Both the position numbers and the translations under genes were made by a program. A DNA stretch of 64,000 nt from Trypanosoma brucei (lineage: Eukaryota), in contig CP000067.1 in assembly GCA_000002445.1 (NCBI GenBank), positions 1,344,001 to 1,408,000 of the forward strand, written 5' to 3'. Below, in pieces: positions 42,291 through 54,839 of this stretch (position 1 is the first letter of the stretch; each line of letters begins with the position of its first letter). The notes under the pieces are model-generated. The model was not told the DNA's origin. It did not search any database and saw nothing but the letters and a program-made list of their open reading frames with translations.

Positions 42291-43649
42291 ACACGGTAAT
42301 GATTCGTGCCAAAGTTACCTGATTTACACCCAGGCACCAAACCGAGCAGCGCGGGGTACCAGACTATGCCAATCACCTCACCCGCAGCCTACATACTGGG
42401 ATTGGGCAATGACTAAAGAGGGAAAAAAATTGTTCATCACCCTCCTCTTCGTCCGTTTTTCAAGGGATGCAGTCACCTTCTGGTGTGTAGTCTCTCTACC
42501 GCCAGTAAAATGGAGTGTCGGGGATGAACTACAGAAGACAAAAAGCAAGAGAGAAAAAAGAAAACTATGTATGTGTGGGTTGTGCGAAAGGGTTAACAAT
42601 TTCAGCACCCGTCACATTGCCCCAAAACACCTGAAGTGACAAACAAAAGCATGTAGACGTTAAAGTTAGAAATAATGCATATGCACATGTTTGACGCTCA
42701 TTTAGTTCTCGGAAAACAAAAATAAAAAAATTGAGCGACGCTCAACCCTGAGCCCCCCCCCCAGTATTGCTTCTATCTGCATTAATGTGTCAGAATACTT
42801 GCAACCAAGGGAATCAACAATGAGGGGGACAACAAGAACAGGAGGGGAGTCGTGGGGAAACAAAGACATCTGACGGCATTTTTCTTTCTCCATTATGCAG
42901 TAAAAGTAACAAGCACATAAAACACAAACACTTGCAAAAAATTGTGGAAAATGGAGAGGTAGAATTAAAAGAAGGTGTTAGGACTCACCTACTTAGACCC
43001 CAATGAAAAACAAGTACTAAAGGTGCCGTGGGTAGATGGCCGACAGCAACATCGTGCGCGGGGCGAGCTACTACCACAAGCGTAATGCATAAATATGACT
43101 ATTTCGGCTTCACCATACCCCGATGAACAAAGCTATGTGTCGCATATTCACATCGTGCACTACGTGGTTACACATGAAATAAAACAAAAATGGGAGTCGT
43201 CCAAGGTGACTCAGGTAATCCTACCGCTGACGGAAACATACATACATATATGGAGAAGCATTAAACAACCCGCTAAAAAACGAAAATGGGAGGCAAACTT
43301 AAAGAGATGAAAAAATAATCACTTATTTGTGAAAACGGGGTCCCATTTGGGATGTAATAAAAATAAGGGAGGTGAGAAAACCACAACTAAAGTAAACACG
43401 GTGGCATTAAAGATAAAACCACGGAAGAACAATTAAACTGAGAAACTTGGCTCAAACAAGGGAGAGCAAAAAATACATATACGAAAAATAAGTGAGTGTT
43501 TGTGGACGGTAACCCCCGCAGCTTACATCCGGTGTGCTTTGCATAGGAAACTTCCCCTGTGCACGTATGAGGTTGGTCAACGCAGTAACGTTTTGCAGGC
43601 CCCCATGCTTTCTCTCGTTACCACTGAATTTATCAACACCACCAGTGTT

Positions 43650-44642
43650 TCACGGTGTTGGTGTACAACGATCCATCGCTGGAGAGAACAAAAAGAGGTC
43701 CGACCCGTCAGATGTTGCGTACGTGTTATTACCGTTAGACTGCAGGCTGTATGAAAAGCCACGAGCTCCACAACTATCCCCACGCAAGGATTTTGTCGAG
43801 GTAGTCTGCAACTCTCGTACCGCCGCCAGGCCCCTCGTCCCACGTCCGCTCAGTGAGACCTGTGTGTTACTGCAGGAAAGTCCATCACTCAGACTGTATG
43901 GCAAAGCACTCGCCGGTTCATCCGCTTTTAGGATAAAATGAGAAACTGGAGTTACCCTCGACGTGTTGAGCCCTTCACTGTCACTCTCAGGTCTGCAACG
44001 ATGAGATGCGCTCAACCTGTGTTGATCATCGGAACCACTACACATCTGCTCCCCACTTGCGATAATCTCCGTACCCACCACTTCTGCGGGTTTTGGGTTA
44101 AAATATGGTGTCAGTGCACCTTCCCTCGGCTCCGATACCCCAAGTGAGTGTACGGGTCGCCGCAAGTGGCGTCGAAAAATCTGTAAGTTGGGTGAAACCA
44201 TTTCCCTTTCATTGTAACTGCTATTGACATTGCCAGTGTCACAGTCGTCTTCGTCGTCATCCGCATCTATATCGTCCTCAGTCACCTCGGTCCCGGTTGG
44301 TACGGAACCTCGGCAAAATTCACCCGGCCGATGTACATTATCGTTGGTGTGGCCTGTCGTCGCATTTAGACCACCGCTGGTGATATCTCCGTTGTTTTCC
44401 CTTGCACGCAATTTCTCCCCACGATCGTGCTTTTTTTCTCCAATCTTTCCCGCAGCAGAACCCATTGTTATCTGATGACAACAAGCCCGGTAACGGTTAG
44501 CCGCAGCGACGACGGGAGCAAAATCACCAACGACGGTGACAACTGAACAAAGGGGATGATACACGGCAAAAGTGAAGTAGATTTTCCTGCTTAATATTTT
44601 TTCCCGGGAGGGGAAGGGGGTGTACAAACTGTTGTATACCAC
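43650..44642 (-). CDS. Hypothetical protein, acidic and Ser/Thr-rich (330 aa).
   Basis: ORF on the transcribed strand with no overlapping alternative on that strand. I recognise no domain. The sequence is low-complexity (a DDDEDD run, S/T-rich). Confidence 0.4.
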   Translation of the reverse strand: MVYNSLYTPFPSREKILSRKIYFTFAVYHPLCSVVTVVGDFAPVVAAANRYRACCHQITMGSAAGKIGEKKHDRGEKLRARENNGDITSGGLNATTGHTNDNVHRPGEFCRGSVPTGTEVTEDDIDADDDEDDCDTGNVNSSYNEREMVSPNLQIFRRHLRRPVHSLGVSEPREGALTPYFNPKPAEVVGTEIIASGEQMCSGSDDQHRLSASHRCRPESDSEGLNTSRVTPVSHFILKADEPASALPYSLSDGLSCSNTQVSLSGRGTRGLAAVRELQTTSTKSLRGDSCGARGFSYSLQSNGNNTYATSDGSDLFLFSPAMDRCTPTP

Positions 44643-45309
44643 TCAAACCCTCTGGGCTTCTTTTCCCGTTATACTTGCGTAGGTTACTATTTACACTCCT
44701 CTCGAGCAGAAGGCAATGATACTATTGACTGTTGACCGGTTGCTAGCGCAGCGCAAAAACCTATGAAGTCAAAACGGGAAGGAGGTAGAAAGTAATGACA
44801 ACGTGAGGATGTGGTGCATTGCAAGTGCACGTGTGAAGTGTTACCTATAAAGCATAAAATAAAATGTTATGGCGATGTTAGCCTAACACCGTTGCAGCAA
44901 CCATTTCTGCGTGCAACAAAGCAGTTTAAAGAAATAAGGGAAATGAAAGGCAAACTGTCCATCAGCTTCAGGGATATGATCCCCAATTAACCTCTTCGCT
45001 CCTTAGCGGTATCAACTGCCTGCTTTCACAAGACCCTCTACACCACAAACTGTTGGTTTGCACACCCCATCACGTTCCCGTAGCGGCATCTTTCCCCTTG
45101 TCTGGCGTAGTGGCTACCGCTTTACTCGGATGTTAAAACTCATGCAGCTGGTGGGGTGTGAACTTTTCAAAACAGCTTGCGACCTCCCCCCCCCCCATTA
45201 GGTACGGTGATGGGTAACGAAGCAGTAGAAATGCCAACAGGCTTTCGCTATTGTTTGATGGGGAGTCAACAACATGTTTACGATGGCACATGATCTGCAT
45301 TTCCTCACG

Positions 45310-46647
45310 TTACACATTCATTCCCCAAGGCAAATGTACTGCGGAAAAAGCACCAGCGACGACTGCTATTATTAGTGTTGTGATGTCCTCCCTCAGCACC
45401 CAGTCCCACCATATGAGTGTGACACGGCATACAAAAAACACCGCGGCCAGAAGTATAGCGGCGGCCACGCCAGCTGCTATCTTCACGTAAAAGAGATAAT
45501 GTTTCTCCTCTGCAAGGTGCCTCTTTACCTTCCGGTATTTCTCACGAAAGTAATGACATGTTTGCTCTCCGTCTTTGCAGCATCCTGACATAGACCTCAG
45601 AACTAAATTCCTCTTTATGAGTTCCACCTTTATTATCTCGTCGCGGACAGAACAGTAGTTTCTCATCAGATGGTATTGTTCTTCGGCGTATGATCTGTTG
45701 CCTCTCTCATGCCGGTCGCCGTACTCGTGTCTTGCTTTCGTGATATCACCGAAAGGTTCAGCTTCACCATCTTTGCATTGTAATTGACGCCCCGCGGCCC
45801 TCAGTTGCAATTGCTGCAGCTCCCATTCTTTCACAGTTAAATTATCTTGCTTTATGGCCTTCTGTAACTCACAGAAATGGCACGTCACGGCGTCTGCGAA
45901 CGCACGCCAACGCGCTGGTTCCACAGTATTAAGTTCACCGCCTAGTTCGGTAGGGAGAACCGCTTGGTCGAACCATTGTAGCAGGAAACCTCGGCGTAGT
46001 TCGGCTTCAGACACGACGACAATAGAACCTGATATATCTTTCAACGCTCTGTTAAGCAGCGGCCGAGCTACTACCGCCGCGATTTTGGACATATTCACAA
46101 TAAAGACCCGCTCTATGAGCCCCGGGTAGAACCTGCTAATGCGTGTCGCAACAGTCTTTTGGAAGCATAACTCCATACTCTTTAACACCTCCGCGTTCTG
46201 TTGATCTATTAACAAAATTACACGGCAACTCTTATTTTCTTCACGCAGTCTTGTTGCATACGTCATAACAACATCAAGCATCTTGACGTATTCACTGTGA
46301 TTCTTTACACCTGTTGCGTATCGTGCGGTGCAAACGTACAGACAGACCCGTCCGAGTCGGTCTGACCCAATGATTTGGACAACTCCGCGCGCAAGTTCGC
46401 TATGAATGTCAGTATCGACGTCGGTGTAGTTGCACAACTCAGTTCTCTCCATCGTTTCACGCTCCTCTACGATTCTTATAGTCTCCGGGACGTTAAAATC
46501 CTTACTCTCGAGGAAAGCATATAACCAGCAATCAAAATGTGTGTGTGCAATACCTATGCGATTTTTCAGGTCCTGCAGTTGTTTCCGGTGGGTGGTTGCT
46601 TCGTATCCTAGGTGGGAAAGAAGTACGTCGACTTCATGAGTAGACAT
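45310..46647 (-). CDS. CRAL-TRIO (SEC14-like) lipid-binding domain protein with a C-terminal transmembrane anchor.
   Basis: SEC14-like core: RLGRVCLYVCTARYATGV...VILLIDQQNA...ISRFYPGLIERVFIVNMSKIAAVVARPLL. The hydrophobic C-terminus reads IAAGVAAAILLAAVFFVCRV...IIAVVAGAFSAV. Confidence 0.6.
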   Translation of the reverse strand: MSTHEVDVLLSHLGYEATTHRKQLQDLKNRIGIAHTHFDCWLYAFLESKDFNVPETIRIVEERETMERTELCNYTDVDTDIHSELARGVVQIIGSDRLGRVCLYVCTARYATGVKNHSEYVKMLDVVMTYATRLREENKSCRVILLIDQQNAEVLKSMELCFQKTVATRISRFYPGLIERVFIVNMSKIAAVVARPLLNRALKDISGSIVVVSEAELRRGFLLQWFDQAVLPTELGGELNTVEPARWRAFADAVTCHFCELQKAIKQDNLTVKEWELQQLQLRAAGRQLQCKDGEAEPFGDITKARHEYGDRHERGNRSYAEEQYHLMRNYCSVRDEIIKVELIKRNLVLRSMSGCCKDGEQTCHYFREKYRKVKRHLAEEKHYLFYVKIAAGVAAAILLAAVFFVCRVTLIWWDWVLREDITTLIIAVVAGAFSAVHLPWGMNV

Positions 46648-49457
46648 CCTCCAGTCCCCCCCTTTTCCACTCTACAACTTCGTTACGTTCGCATAAAATA
46701 CCAGAAGGACCACCTGCGTGCAACACACTGCGGAAAAATTTCCACTTCTTCCCCACCTCTAAACTAGCGTAAAATAGTAATACAGTAGGGAAAAATATTG
46801 AATACAATAATGATGGAGCCGACAATATTTTCCGCTTCGGCTCCATGAATTTCCACGCTCTAACGGTGATCAAAGGGGGGAAAGTAAAGAAAAGAGAGAG
46901 AGAAGCTACTAAAACAGACACAACTGTGTCGCCACAATATCCCGCATAATCATCCAATGTGCGTTTGGTGTCAATGCAAAACAAAAAAAAAAGAAATGCG
47001 CTCTTCCCTACCCACAGCAAACGGTTCACACTACGTCCCCGTAATCTCACCTCAATATCAAACTAAACAAAAAAAACTAAAAAGACCATCTAAATCATAT
47101 AGTAGTGATACAATTTCAACCAAATTTGTGCACCTCGCAGCATATTTGGCGAAAACAGTGTTGTCACCACGGCTCAAGTTCCCTTCCGGATTAGTTTGGT
47201 TAAACAATATAACCCATAGGATGTAGAAAAGGATATCGTGTATACCACTTCCCCCTCACTCAAAAAGGGCCAAAAATACGACGGTCCCTCCTTTGATTTT
47301 CGTCACAGGGGATTTTGTCCACTGAAAGAGCGGCAAGCAATCGATTAACAGTCCCACTGGCTGTTACTATGAAGATACCCACGAGGTGCAGTATACAATC
47401 TTTTGGCAACCACTTATACTCAGTGAACCTAACAGTCCCGTGCGACAAGAGGTGCGACTGAGGTCTCCATAGGTTAGATTTTATGTTGATTATACATAAA
47501 CAATACAAAAAAATCTCACCAATTTAAGGTTTCTAATAATTTTTTTTGACGCCGGTAAGGTTAAAGTTTATTTTATAGTACTGCGGCGATCCACTGCACT
47601 GGGCCCATTACGGGCAAAGATCTCAGCTGCACGAAAAAAATACACCACTCAAACGCACGTATTCCTCATTTTTTTTTTTGCGACTGAGCAGCTCAAACGG
47701 CGTTAGCGCAAATGGGAGTCATTTTGCACACAGCAACTAAATGCCAGATGACGGTACCGGAACGAGAGGAGAAAGTTAGAAGCAGAGGTTGGTAGACTGA
47801 AAATAGGCACTTATGTATTCGTGTACCGTCACAAAGTTGTACTTTTCAAGATTTCACCAAAACCACTGAAATGGTGTCGGATACATCCCGGAAATCGCTG
47901 AATCCCCCCCCCCCTGTGTGCCAACCCACGAGATGTGTAAAGCCAATAAGGGAGATGCATCCCATTGTGACAAAAACCACAAGCATTCGCAACTCTCAAG
48001 ATACCTAATTTCTTCGCATACGCAAGGTACTACGCCTCCGCACATTTCTCCATGAAAACATCATTGATTCGATGTTATAAACCGCCCCCATGGGGTAACA
48101 CTACCCCCCATAAAAGTCAATAAATAACTATAGATACAAGCAAAAATAAGGGAATATATCTAAGCGTCCGAGTCAACTTCCGACACTGTCAACTTGTCAC
48201 GGTAAGCATGATGCAAATATTGCGCTGCAGTAAACGGATTTGCTTCCCTGCAAACGGAAAGGGCAGCGCAGCGTGATAAACCCGGTCCTTGAAAAATTGA
48301 TACATAGGCTTCCTGTCATCACAGTTAATGACATCTACGGTATATGCCGCCTTCGCAACCCGTCGGGGCAGCGGCGAGTAGGACCATTACCATAACGGGC
48401 ACCATCACGCAGCTTTCATGAAGAAACGTGAAGAGGCATCATATGTTCCCGTGTGTGTCACTAAGAATACCAATAGATATAAGATCCAATGAGTTCCACA
48501 AAACACACATACACATATATGCAACAACAGTAAAATATGAGAATTTATTGACTGATGGAACGTAATACAATTGGGGGCCAGACACCTATGACATGACGGT
48601 TTCTGATAAAGCAGTCAGAGGCCACTACAGACTTGGGTAGTCATGTCCTTCATTTTCCGCATTTGTTACCCTCCATGCTCACAAGAGGTCATGGTCGCTG
48701 TACACCACTGAAAGACACAGTGCCGAGGGGCAACTTGTTTTCACCGCTTAACCAGCATTTGGTTTTTGTTTCTCCACAGCAGTCAAGATTATTTGGTAAT
48801 TTCACACGGTGTGAAGTGGCCGAAAGAGTTAAAAACGATACCACCACCCAAATAGACAACTTTTGTCAGAAGCCACTCCGTCCCCTCCGCGCCACGCGGC
48901 TGTCAGTGTTGCCTTTTGAGCCCAGTCTGTAGAACGAACCCGCACAATATTTATGTATTGGAATTGTGAAAGATGCCAGCAATGGCCTTACGAAAAAGTT
49001 GCTATGACTTTAACTCCTCAATAGACCAGTTTGTGCTCCATCATCACTTTCAGTAAAATGTGGTGGCCGCTACGCCATTACAAAGAGCACCAACGACACG
49101 ACTTAGTTCTGTGACGACGCAAATACTCAACGGAAAGGGCCCTTTCCTCGTGCGTTTGACGCTGATAGTGATACCCCCTTCCTGAAGATAGCTAATACTA
49201 CTTCGGCAATACCTGCCACAGACATTTAAGAATGTAGTTGCGTTGCGATGCGGTGCGTTGTAGGGGGAGGGGGTGGAGATGCCAACTTTGCCCGTGGTGA
49301 CAAAAAATACGGGCTGCCATTAAAAAAGAAATCATAGTAAGTGATTGAAACAAGCGCTCACAAAGCAGTGTAAAAACAGTAACAATATTGCTAACGGTAA
49401 TAAAAGTAGTAGTATCCGTGGGGCAGAGGTAGCCAGTCAGTATGACGCCATATATTG

Positions 49458-49850
49458 CTACCTTTCTTTCTTCTCAAGGGCGTTGTGCAGCCTTGCAAAC
49501 TTCATCACGGCAGCACTCAAAACCGTGGCAAGTGCGTGGATGTACATATTTCGTTCAAGGCGCCACTTCCTTCCCTCCCAGTCGATTTCCATTGTCATTT
49601 CCGCGAAGCTTGGTTTGCCGCCACTGTACTTCCTCCTCCAATCAATTACTTGTAGAACAAAACCAATGAATGTTGTGACTGTCACTATAGTGAGAACCGA
49701 CACTCCGTAAAAATTGACTCGTTCGGCATAGCCCATTGCCCGGCTCATGGCTCTCGACAGCAGCGGTATAGGGATTATGAACAAAACGAAGACGATAAAT
49801 GCAGGCACTATAAGCGCGTTAACCTCCAATGCCAAAAGGCTGACCATCAC
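49458..49850 (-). CDS. BAP29/BAP31-like ER membrane protein (B-cell receptor-associated protein family), short form of 130 aa.
   Basis: Three N-terminal TM segments are followed by ERNMYIHALATVLSAAVMKFARL, which resembles BAP31 QRNLYIAGFSLLLSFLLRRL. The overall topology matches the BAP31 N-terminal membrane domain. Confidence 0.5.
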   Translation of the reverse strand: MMVSLLALEVNALIVPAFIVFVLFIIPIPLLSRAMSRAMGYAERVNFYGVSVLTIVTVTTFIGFVLQVIDWRRKYSGGKPSFAEMTMEIDWEGRKWRLERNMYIHALATVLSAAVMKFARLHNALEKKER

Positions 49851-52800
49851 TAAAGACTTACCTTCATCGACAAAAGTTAAGTGAAATGATACAGAAACGA
49901 GTGCGCGTCGTACAGTTTCATACCCTCTGAGTCAAAGCCATTATCAACAGCCATATCGACTTAACGAGTATCACAGAATGCATAACACATGTATGCACAT
50001 GTTTGGTATCGCATAGCTTTGTTGATTATTCAAACATCCCCCCTCTCTTGGTGAGAAACTACAATGCTTGTACCATTTGACAAAAAAAAACTTGAGAAAT
50101 ATTTTCACGCGGGGATAGCAGCGCGAATCTTTCTAGAAGGGGGACTAAGACAGTAGGACATTACGCGACATCCAGAGCCGGCACGTCCGTCCCAGTTCAT
50201 CGCTATTCCATGTTGTCGTTTTCCGAGTGGGTTAGAAAAACAGCACAGGTGGGTGAAGCGGTCAAGTCATTTACGAATGACTTTGCTGTTGGCGATTCGC
50301 ACCGTCCCAAAGTTTTTTTTTTCAAAAAAGGGGGAATGCTCCACTCTTTCACCTCGGAGTTGACAGGTGACCGACATGCCATCGACATCGTGTATCCAAA
50401 GCAGCGGCAGCCCGGCCCCAAATGGTTAAACTCCCTGCGCTGAGGTAACGCGCCCCGCATAGGCACATGGAAAATATCCTTACTGATGAGGTTTGAATCA
50501 CCCGCAGCCCTAGTGCTCCCCGCCGACTACCAAAGAAACAACCAACCCTGTTTCCCCCTTCGATAAACAATGCAATGGGGCGACAAACCTTTATCCTACG
50601 GACTGCTGGCCGAAATCCCTGGTGAAACAGCATTTCCGGCTGGTCGTTAAGTGGAGTCAACACGGTACTCACAGCTTACACCGCGCCCGCGCCCACACCC
50701 TCGCCTCGGGGGTCCCTCCCTCCCCCAAGAAACGCCACAGCCGCCGCGGGACGACACCATTCGCTGGTCCCACCGCCCTAGGGAAAATGCGGATGTCAGA
50801 GGATTCTCACCGCGCCATGCTTGGATCCCTTTACCTTCCCTTTTGCCTTTGCCACCGTTGCTTTACACTAAAGTTGGCTCCCACATGCCCGCGGTCGCGT
50901 TCGGACCGTCGTGTTGGGAGCAAAATAATCGCCCTAGCAGTCGACCGGGTGTCTCCCTGTGTGCGCGGGGGCTGTCACCGCTTCGCTGGCAAACCGTTCC
51001 ACGTCGGCTTCCCCAGCAAAAAGTTTGCCACACAACTCGGTGCCGCCCACAGCCACTCCCTGTTCCACGTAGTGAAAGTGCACGTGGGACAGAAGGATTA
51101 ATAATGCACAGCCGAAACACCGGGTATGGCGCCAACGCCTTGTTTGAAAGAAACTGTCCAGGTTGGCCATCAACACAGGAAGACACACAAGTAAACACGA
51201 GAATGCACCAGTTCCATGAGTGAACATGGATTCGAAGGCAAAAAGGGATAAAGGACGAAACAATAATGAAAGCTGTGTCCCCCCCCGCCTTACCTCACCA
51301 ATTGTGGTTAAGAGGCGAACCTGTTGGTTTGGAGGACTTTGGGGCGCACCCGGGTGGAGATGTTTCAGATGCGGAAGGGTTGGAAGAGTTGGAAGGGAGA
51401 TGCGAATCCACCGCCTTACGCGAAGTGGGAGGCACGAAAAGGAAGCACGGCAACTGTAGCAAAAGCAACGTGAATGCCAGTGGTGTGTTTGCGTTGTTTC
51501 CGCGGCGCTGGAAAGTGTGCAAAGACCGGAAAAATAGAGTTGTGGTTCATGTAAAACCGTATGCGTGCAATGCCCGGTGGTGAAGCAGGATTTAAGCAAA
51601 AAAAAAAGAGATAAATACGCGGGAGGGGGGAAAGTTTACGAGTTCAACATGTGAAAGGTGTTTCGTAGCAGGGGCTTCGATAATGCACATCAACCTCGTG
51701 AGTATGCACGGCCCCGTGGCACCGCTAAAGGGACTACGAGCGGTGGAGGGAAAGTGGGGTTAGCCGTAGCCGCGCCGGTGTTGAAACCAAAATAAAAAAA
51801 GGGATGACGTGGAGGTAACAGTTAAAGAAGGAGAGGATAGAGAGATCAGGGTGGGGTTGGAATAAAATGTTCCTAGTAAACTTTTGATGTTCACGGGGCA
51901 CGTGGGGCTCCAGAGAGTAAGGAGAGGTGCGCACTTAAGGCACACACAAGAAAAATGCATACTGAATCCGATTGCGCGCTCCGAGGGGTTTCCTGACGCT
52001 TTTATAAGGAAGTGGAAGGTGTAAAGTGAAACCCACCAGTGCCCCATACTGCGGCTAAACGTAAGCGAGGCGAGTTGGTCTAAAAGGTTTAGTAGGAAGG
52101 TTACACGGCGATGGAAAGAAGGACGTTTACAACAAATTGAAGTTGGGTATCCAAGGATTGCTGAGCCACTTGCCCGAATGCACTGCCGTGGAGAAGCTGA
52201 AGATGAAACATGAACTAATAGGCTTGATGGGGAAAGCGCCTCGCGGGGAGGCAAAAATTGGCGGGGTTCCTTTCCGTTTGACTCCGAAGGGGAGGCCCAA
52301 AAAGAGTACATACCAAAACAGAGGGTAATTCTAAGAGGCAGGACTTGTTTAGTCCCACCAAAATCTGTGGTGAATCATCTTCCAGTTCCTGCGGCAGCTA
52401 CGGTAAGGTTAACGGCGTTGAGCGTAGCAGTGTCACCCCGTCAAAAGCATTAAAAAACGGAATATATGGGACAGTGGTGACATAATTGCAACAGCAAGAC
52501 ATCCCCTTCATTTACGGTAACGGCATGCGCACAGTTGCTCAAATGACGCTCAACCAGCCGATTAAACTTTCCGTGGGATGCAGCTACGACAGTAACCCTG
52601 CGCATACCCTTCCTAACAAGCACCTGCTGGCGTAGAAAATATGAAAAATCATAAGAGACAGCCCGTTACGAGATGTGACCGCAGTGATCCAGCAAGCACA
52701 TGGCTCTATGGTGGAGGTTTTGAATTCCGCAACAACAACAGCTAAAATCATTAAATGATAGAGGGCGCTACACCGTATAGAGCGGTGGGAAGCATGCTCA

Positions 52801-52988
52801 AAACCAAACCCGAAAGAAAGAAAATGTGAACAAGGTTGTCGCGGTTCGTCATCAACTTCGGGAACGGGAGCGATTGAGGTTACAATGAGCCGAGCTTTTT
52901 TTAAAAAAAAAAATCGCCCCTTACCCTTCCCGATTCCTCCACCCCCCCCCCTCCCTACACAAAGGAAAAGAAAAGAAAAAAAGTTACA

Positions 52989-54206
52989 TCAAAACTGCTT
53001 CCCTCTATTCATCTTTATCTGCATCCGCCTGATGCTGTGGAAGAAGAGGGAATCAATAAGGCCAGTTACCGTGTAAACACCGCCGCCTACGGCGCACAGT
53101 TGCAACACCAGATGCACAATGGATGGATATGGGTGTGTACGCTTGACTGAGACGCGAATGGGAGAGAGATCGTATGATATGAACACTCCTGGTACCACAG
53201 ATGGATCATGTTTGGCATTGTTGTTCTCTCCTCCCTTTGGAGTCTCCCAACTTGGGGTGAAGTGATGCGTCACAGAGTATTGGTTAGATTCTACCACGCG
53301 GCCGCCTCCAACTAATGACTCAATACGGTAAACTGTGGGCACCACCTTCACGAAATACGAGAACCGGCCAATTAGAGGCTCGGATGGATCCGTAGCGCCA
53401 CGCACATTTGCCATCCCGTCCATAGGATTACTTTGTCCTGGAAACCGCTCACCAAACTCCAGGGAATGCACGATATGACTAAGATTCAACTTCTGTATAG
53501 TCTCCCCTTTAAAACTATGCAGGTGTTGACCAAAGAAATTAAACATACGACCCGGTATGAAATGAATGTTTCCCGTCACTCGCGGAACACTAAAGGAGGC
53601 GTGCAAGTTACACCCCTCTGTGGACGCACTTGCCGCCGCCATCTTAAGCCGCTCATGCACGCACTGCACAATACTGGCATCGTCTTCGTGGAACTCCCAC
53701 TGGCGCTCCGCAAATGCGCGCCGCACATCATCACAAGTGTGACAACAGTCCCCTGGATTACTCTCGGCACCGTAGCAACTCGGGCACTTTCCATGCTCAG
53801 CTCCGTTCCCATCAGCTGGTTGCTTCTTCATATCCATGAGTGGTCGTGCCTCACCGAGTGGAACCAATGTATCGGGATTCACACGAACCCTGGCAGTGTC
53901 TGTCAGAACATTTTCAACGTGCTCACCAAAGGCGTCAATGGCGTCCGCCGTCATGAGATCACATGGCACCCGTGGGAACGTAATGTTTACTTTCATGTGC
54001 ATGATACCGCCGATATGCGGATCGACGTACATCTCATGTTGTTCCACGGAGGAAAAGAAGTAACGCACCTCACCCACGACGAGAAAAGTGATTATGAAAA
54101 TGGACGCCATGGAGAGAACACCACCAAGCGCCGTACGCTGCCGGGCATCCCGCAAGAAACGCTCGTCAAACTTCGGGAAGACATCAAGGCGGCTGAGGCC
54201 TTTCAT
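52989..54206 (-). CDS. ERGIC3/Erv46-like endoplasmic-reticulum-Golgi intermediate compartment protein (COPII cargo receptor family).
   Basis: Collinear similarity to ERGIC3 across the protein. Shared elements: the N-terminal DVFPKF...TALGGVLSMASIFIITFL TM region; the CPSCYGAE...CCHTCDDVRRAF cysteine motif; FSVPRVTGNIHFIPG; FSYFVKVVPTVY; and the C-terminal TM GGVYTVTGLIDSLFFHS. Confidence 0.8.
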   Translation of the reverse strand: MKGLSRLDVFPKFDERFLRDARQRTALGGVLSMASIFIITFLVVGEVRYFFSSVEQHEMYVDPHIGGIMHMKVNITFPRVPCDLMTADAIDAFGEHVENVLTDTARVRVNPDTLVPLGEARPLMDMKKQPADGNGAEHGKCPSCYGAESNPGDCCHTCDDVRRAFAERQWEFHEDDASIVQCVHERLKMAAASASTEGCNLHASFSVPRVTGNIHFIPGRMFNFFGQHLHSFKGETIQKLNLSHIVHSLEFGERFPGQSNPMDGMANVRGATDPSEPLIGRFSYFVKVVPTVYRIESLVGGGRVVESNQYSVTHHFTPSWETPKGGENNNAKHDPSVVPGVFISYDLSPIRVSVKRTHPYPSIVHLVLQLCAVGGGVYTVTGLIDSLFFHSIRRMQIKMNRGKQF

Positions 54207-54839
54207 GGTACCCCACGACTAAAACAAACGGGCGTTACACCCAGCAAATTATATCGATTTCACTACAACAGAAAAAGAAAGTGGGGTGAAAATGCTAAAG
54301 GGTGCCCGCAGGAGGTGTGAGTGTAGTGGTATTAGTGCTGGTGGAAAAATGCAATATGCAGAGTTAGACAAGTTTTGTGCGAGACTCGGTGCTTATCGAT
54401 ACAAGTCATAAAGTACGTGAAACGGGTTAAAGCATACCTGTGGAAGGTTACTTAGCCAAAAAAAAAAATGGAAAAAAGTGCTTGCCCTACGCGCATTCAT
54501 ATACACTATTTTTTCCCTTTCTATTGCTCCCATTTTCTCTTGTCTAAGTGTTTACGCAGTTGATTACCACATCAACGTTCATATATTTCTTTTGCGTCTT
54601 CTTTAATATATACGTGTGTGGTCTCGCGTTCAGGAGGACAGGGAAGCTGAGAGCACAAGCCCGCAATTACATAAAATGTCTACACAATGAACCACAGAAG
54701 TTTGTTCCTTCTGTGCGTGAGGAATAGTGAAAGGGGAGCTCACAGAATATCCCTACACACACATACATATGTATGTGCATATATTTCAGGGCGGCCTTTC
54801 CAGAAAAAAATATATATATCTAGTCTACGGTAACTCTAG

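Noticed and set aside
41978-42376. 132-aa minus-strand ORF overlapping the 5' end of DLD-like copy 2
   Set aside because: It lies in the +1 frame relative to the homologous FAD-binding reading frame. A matching spurious ORF (39753..40091) exists in copy 1, showing it is a by-product of the conserved nucleotide sequence.
50622-52311. Cluster of overlapping 150-220-aa ORFs on both strands (50622..51101 +, 50651..51223 +, 50934..51599 -, 51760..52311 -)
   Set aside because: They overlap one another in different frames and are Pro/Arg/Ser-rich, typical of GC-rich non-coding DNA. I recognise no motifs. This is most likely 3' UTR of the ERGIC3-like gene.
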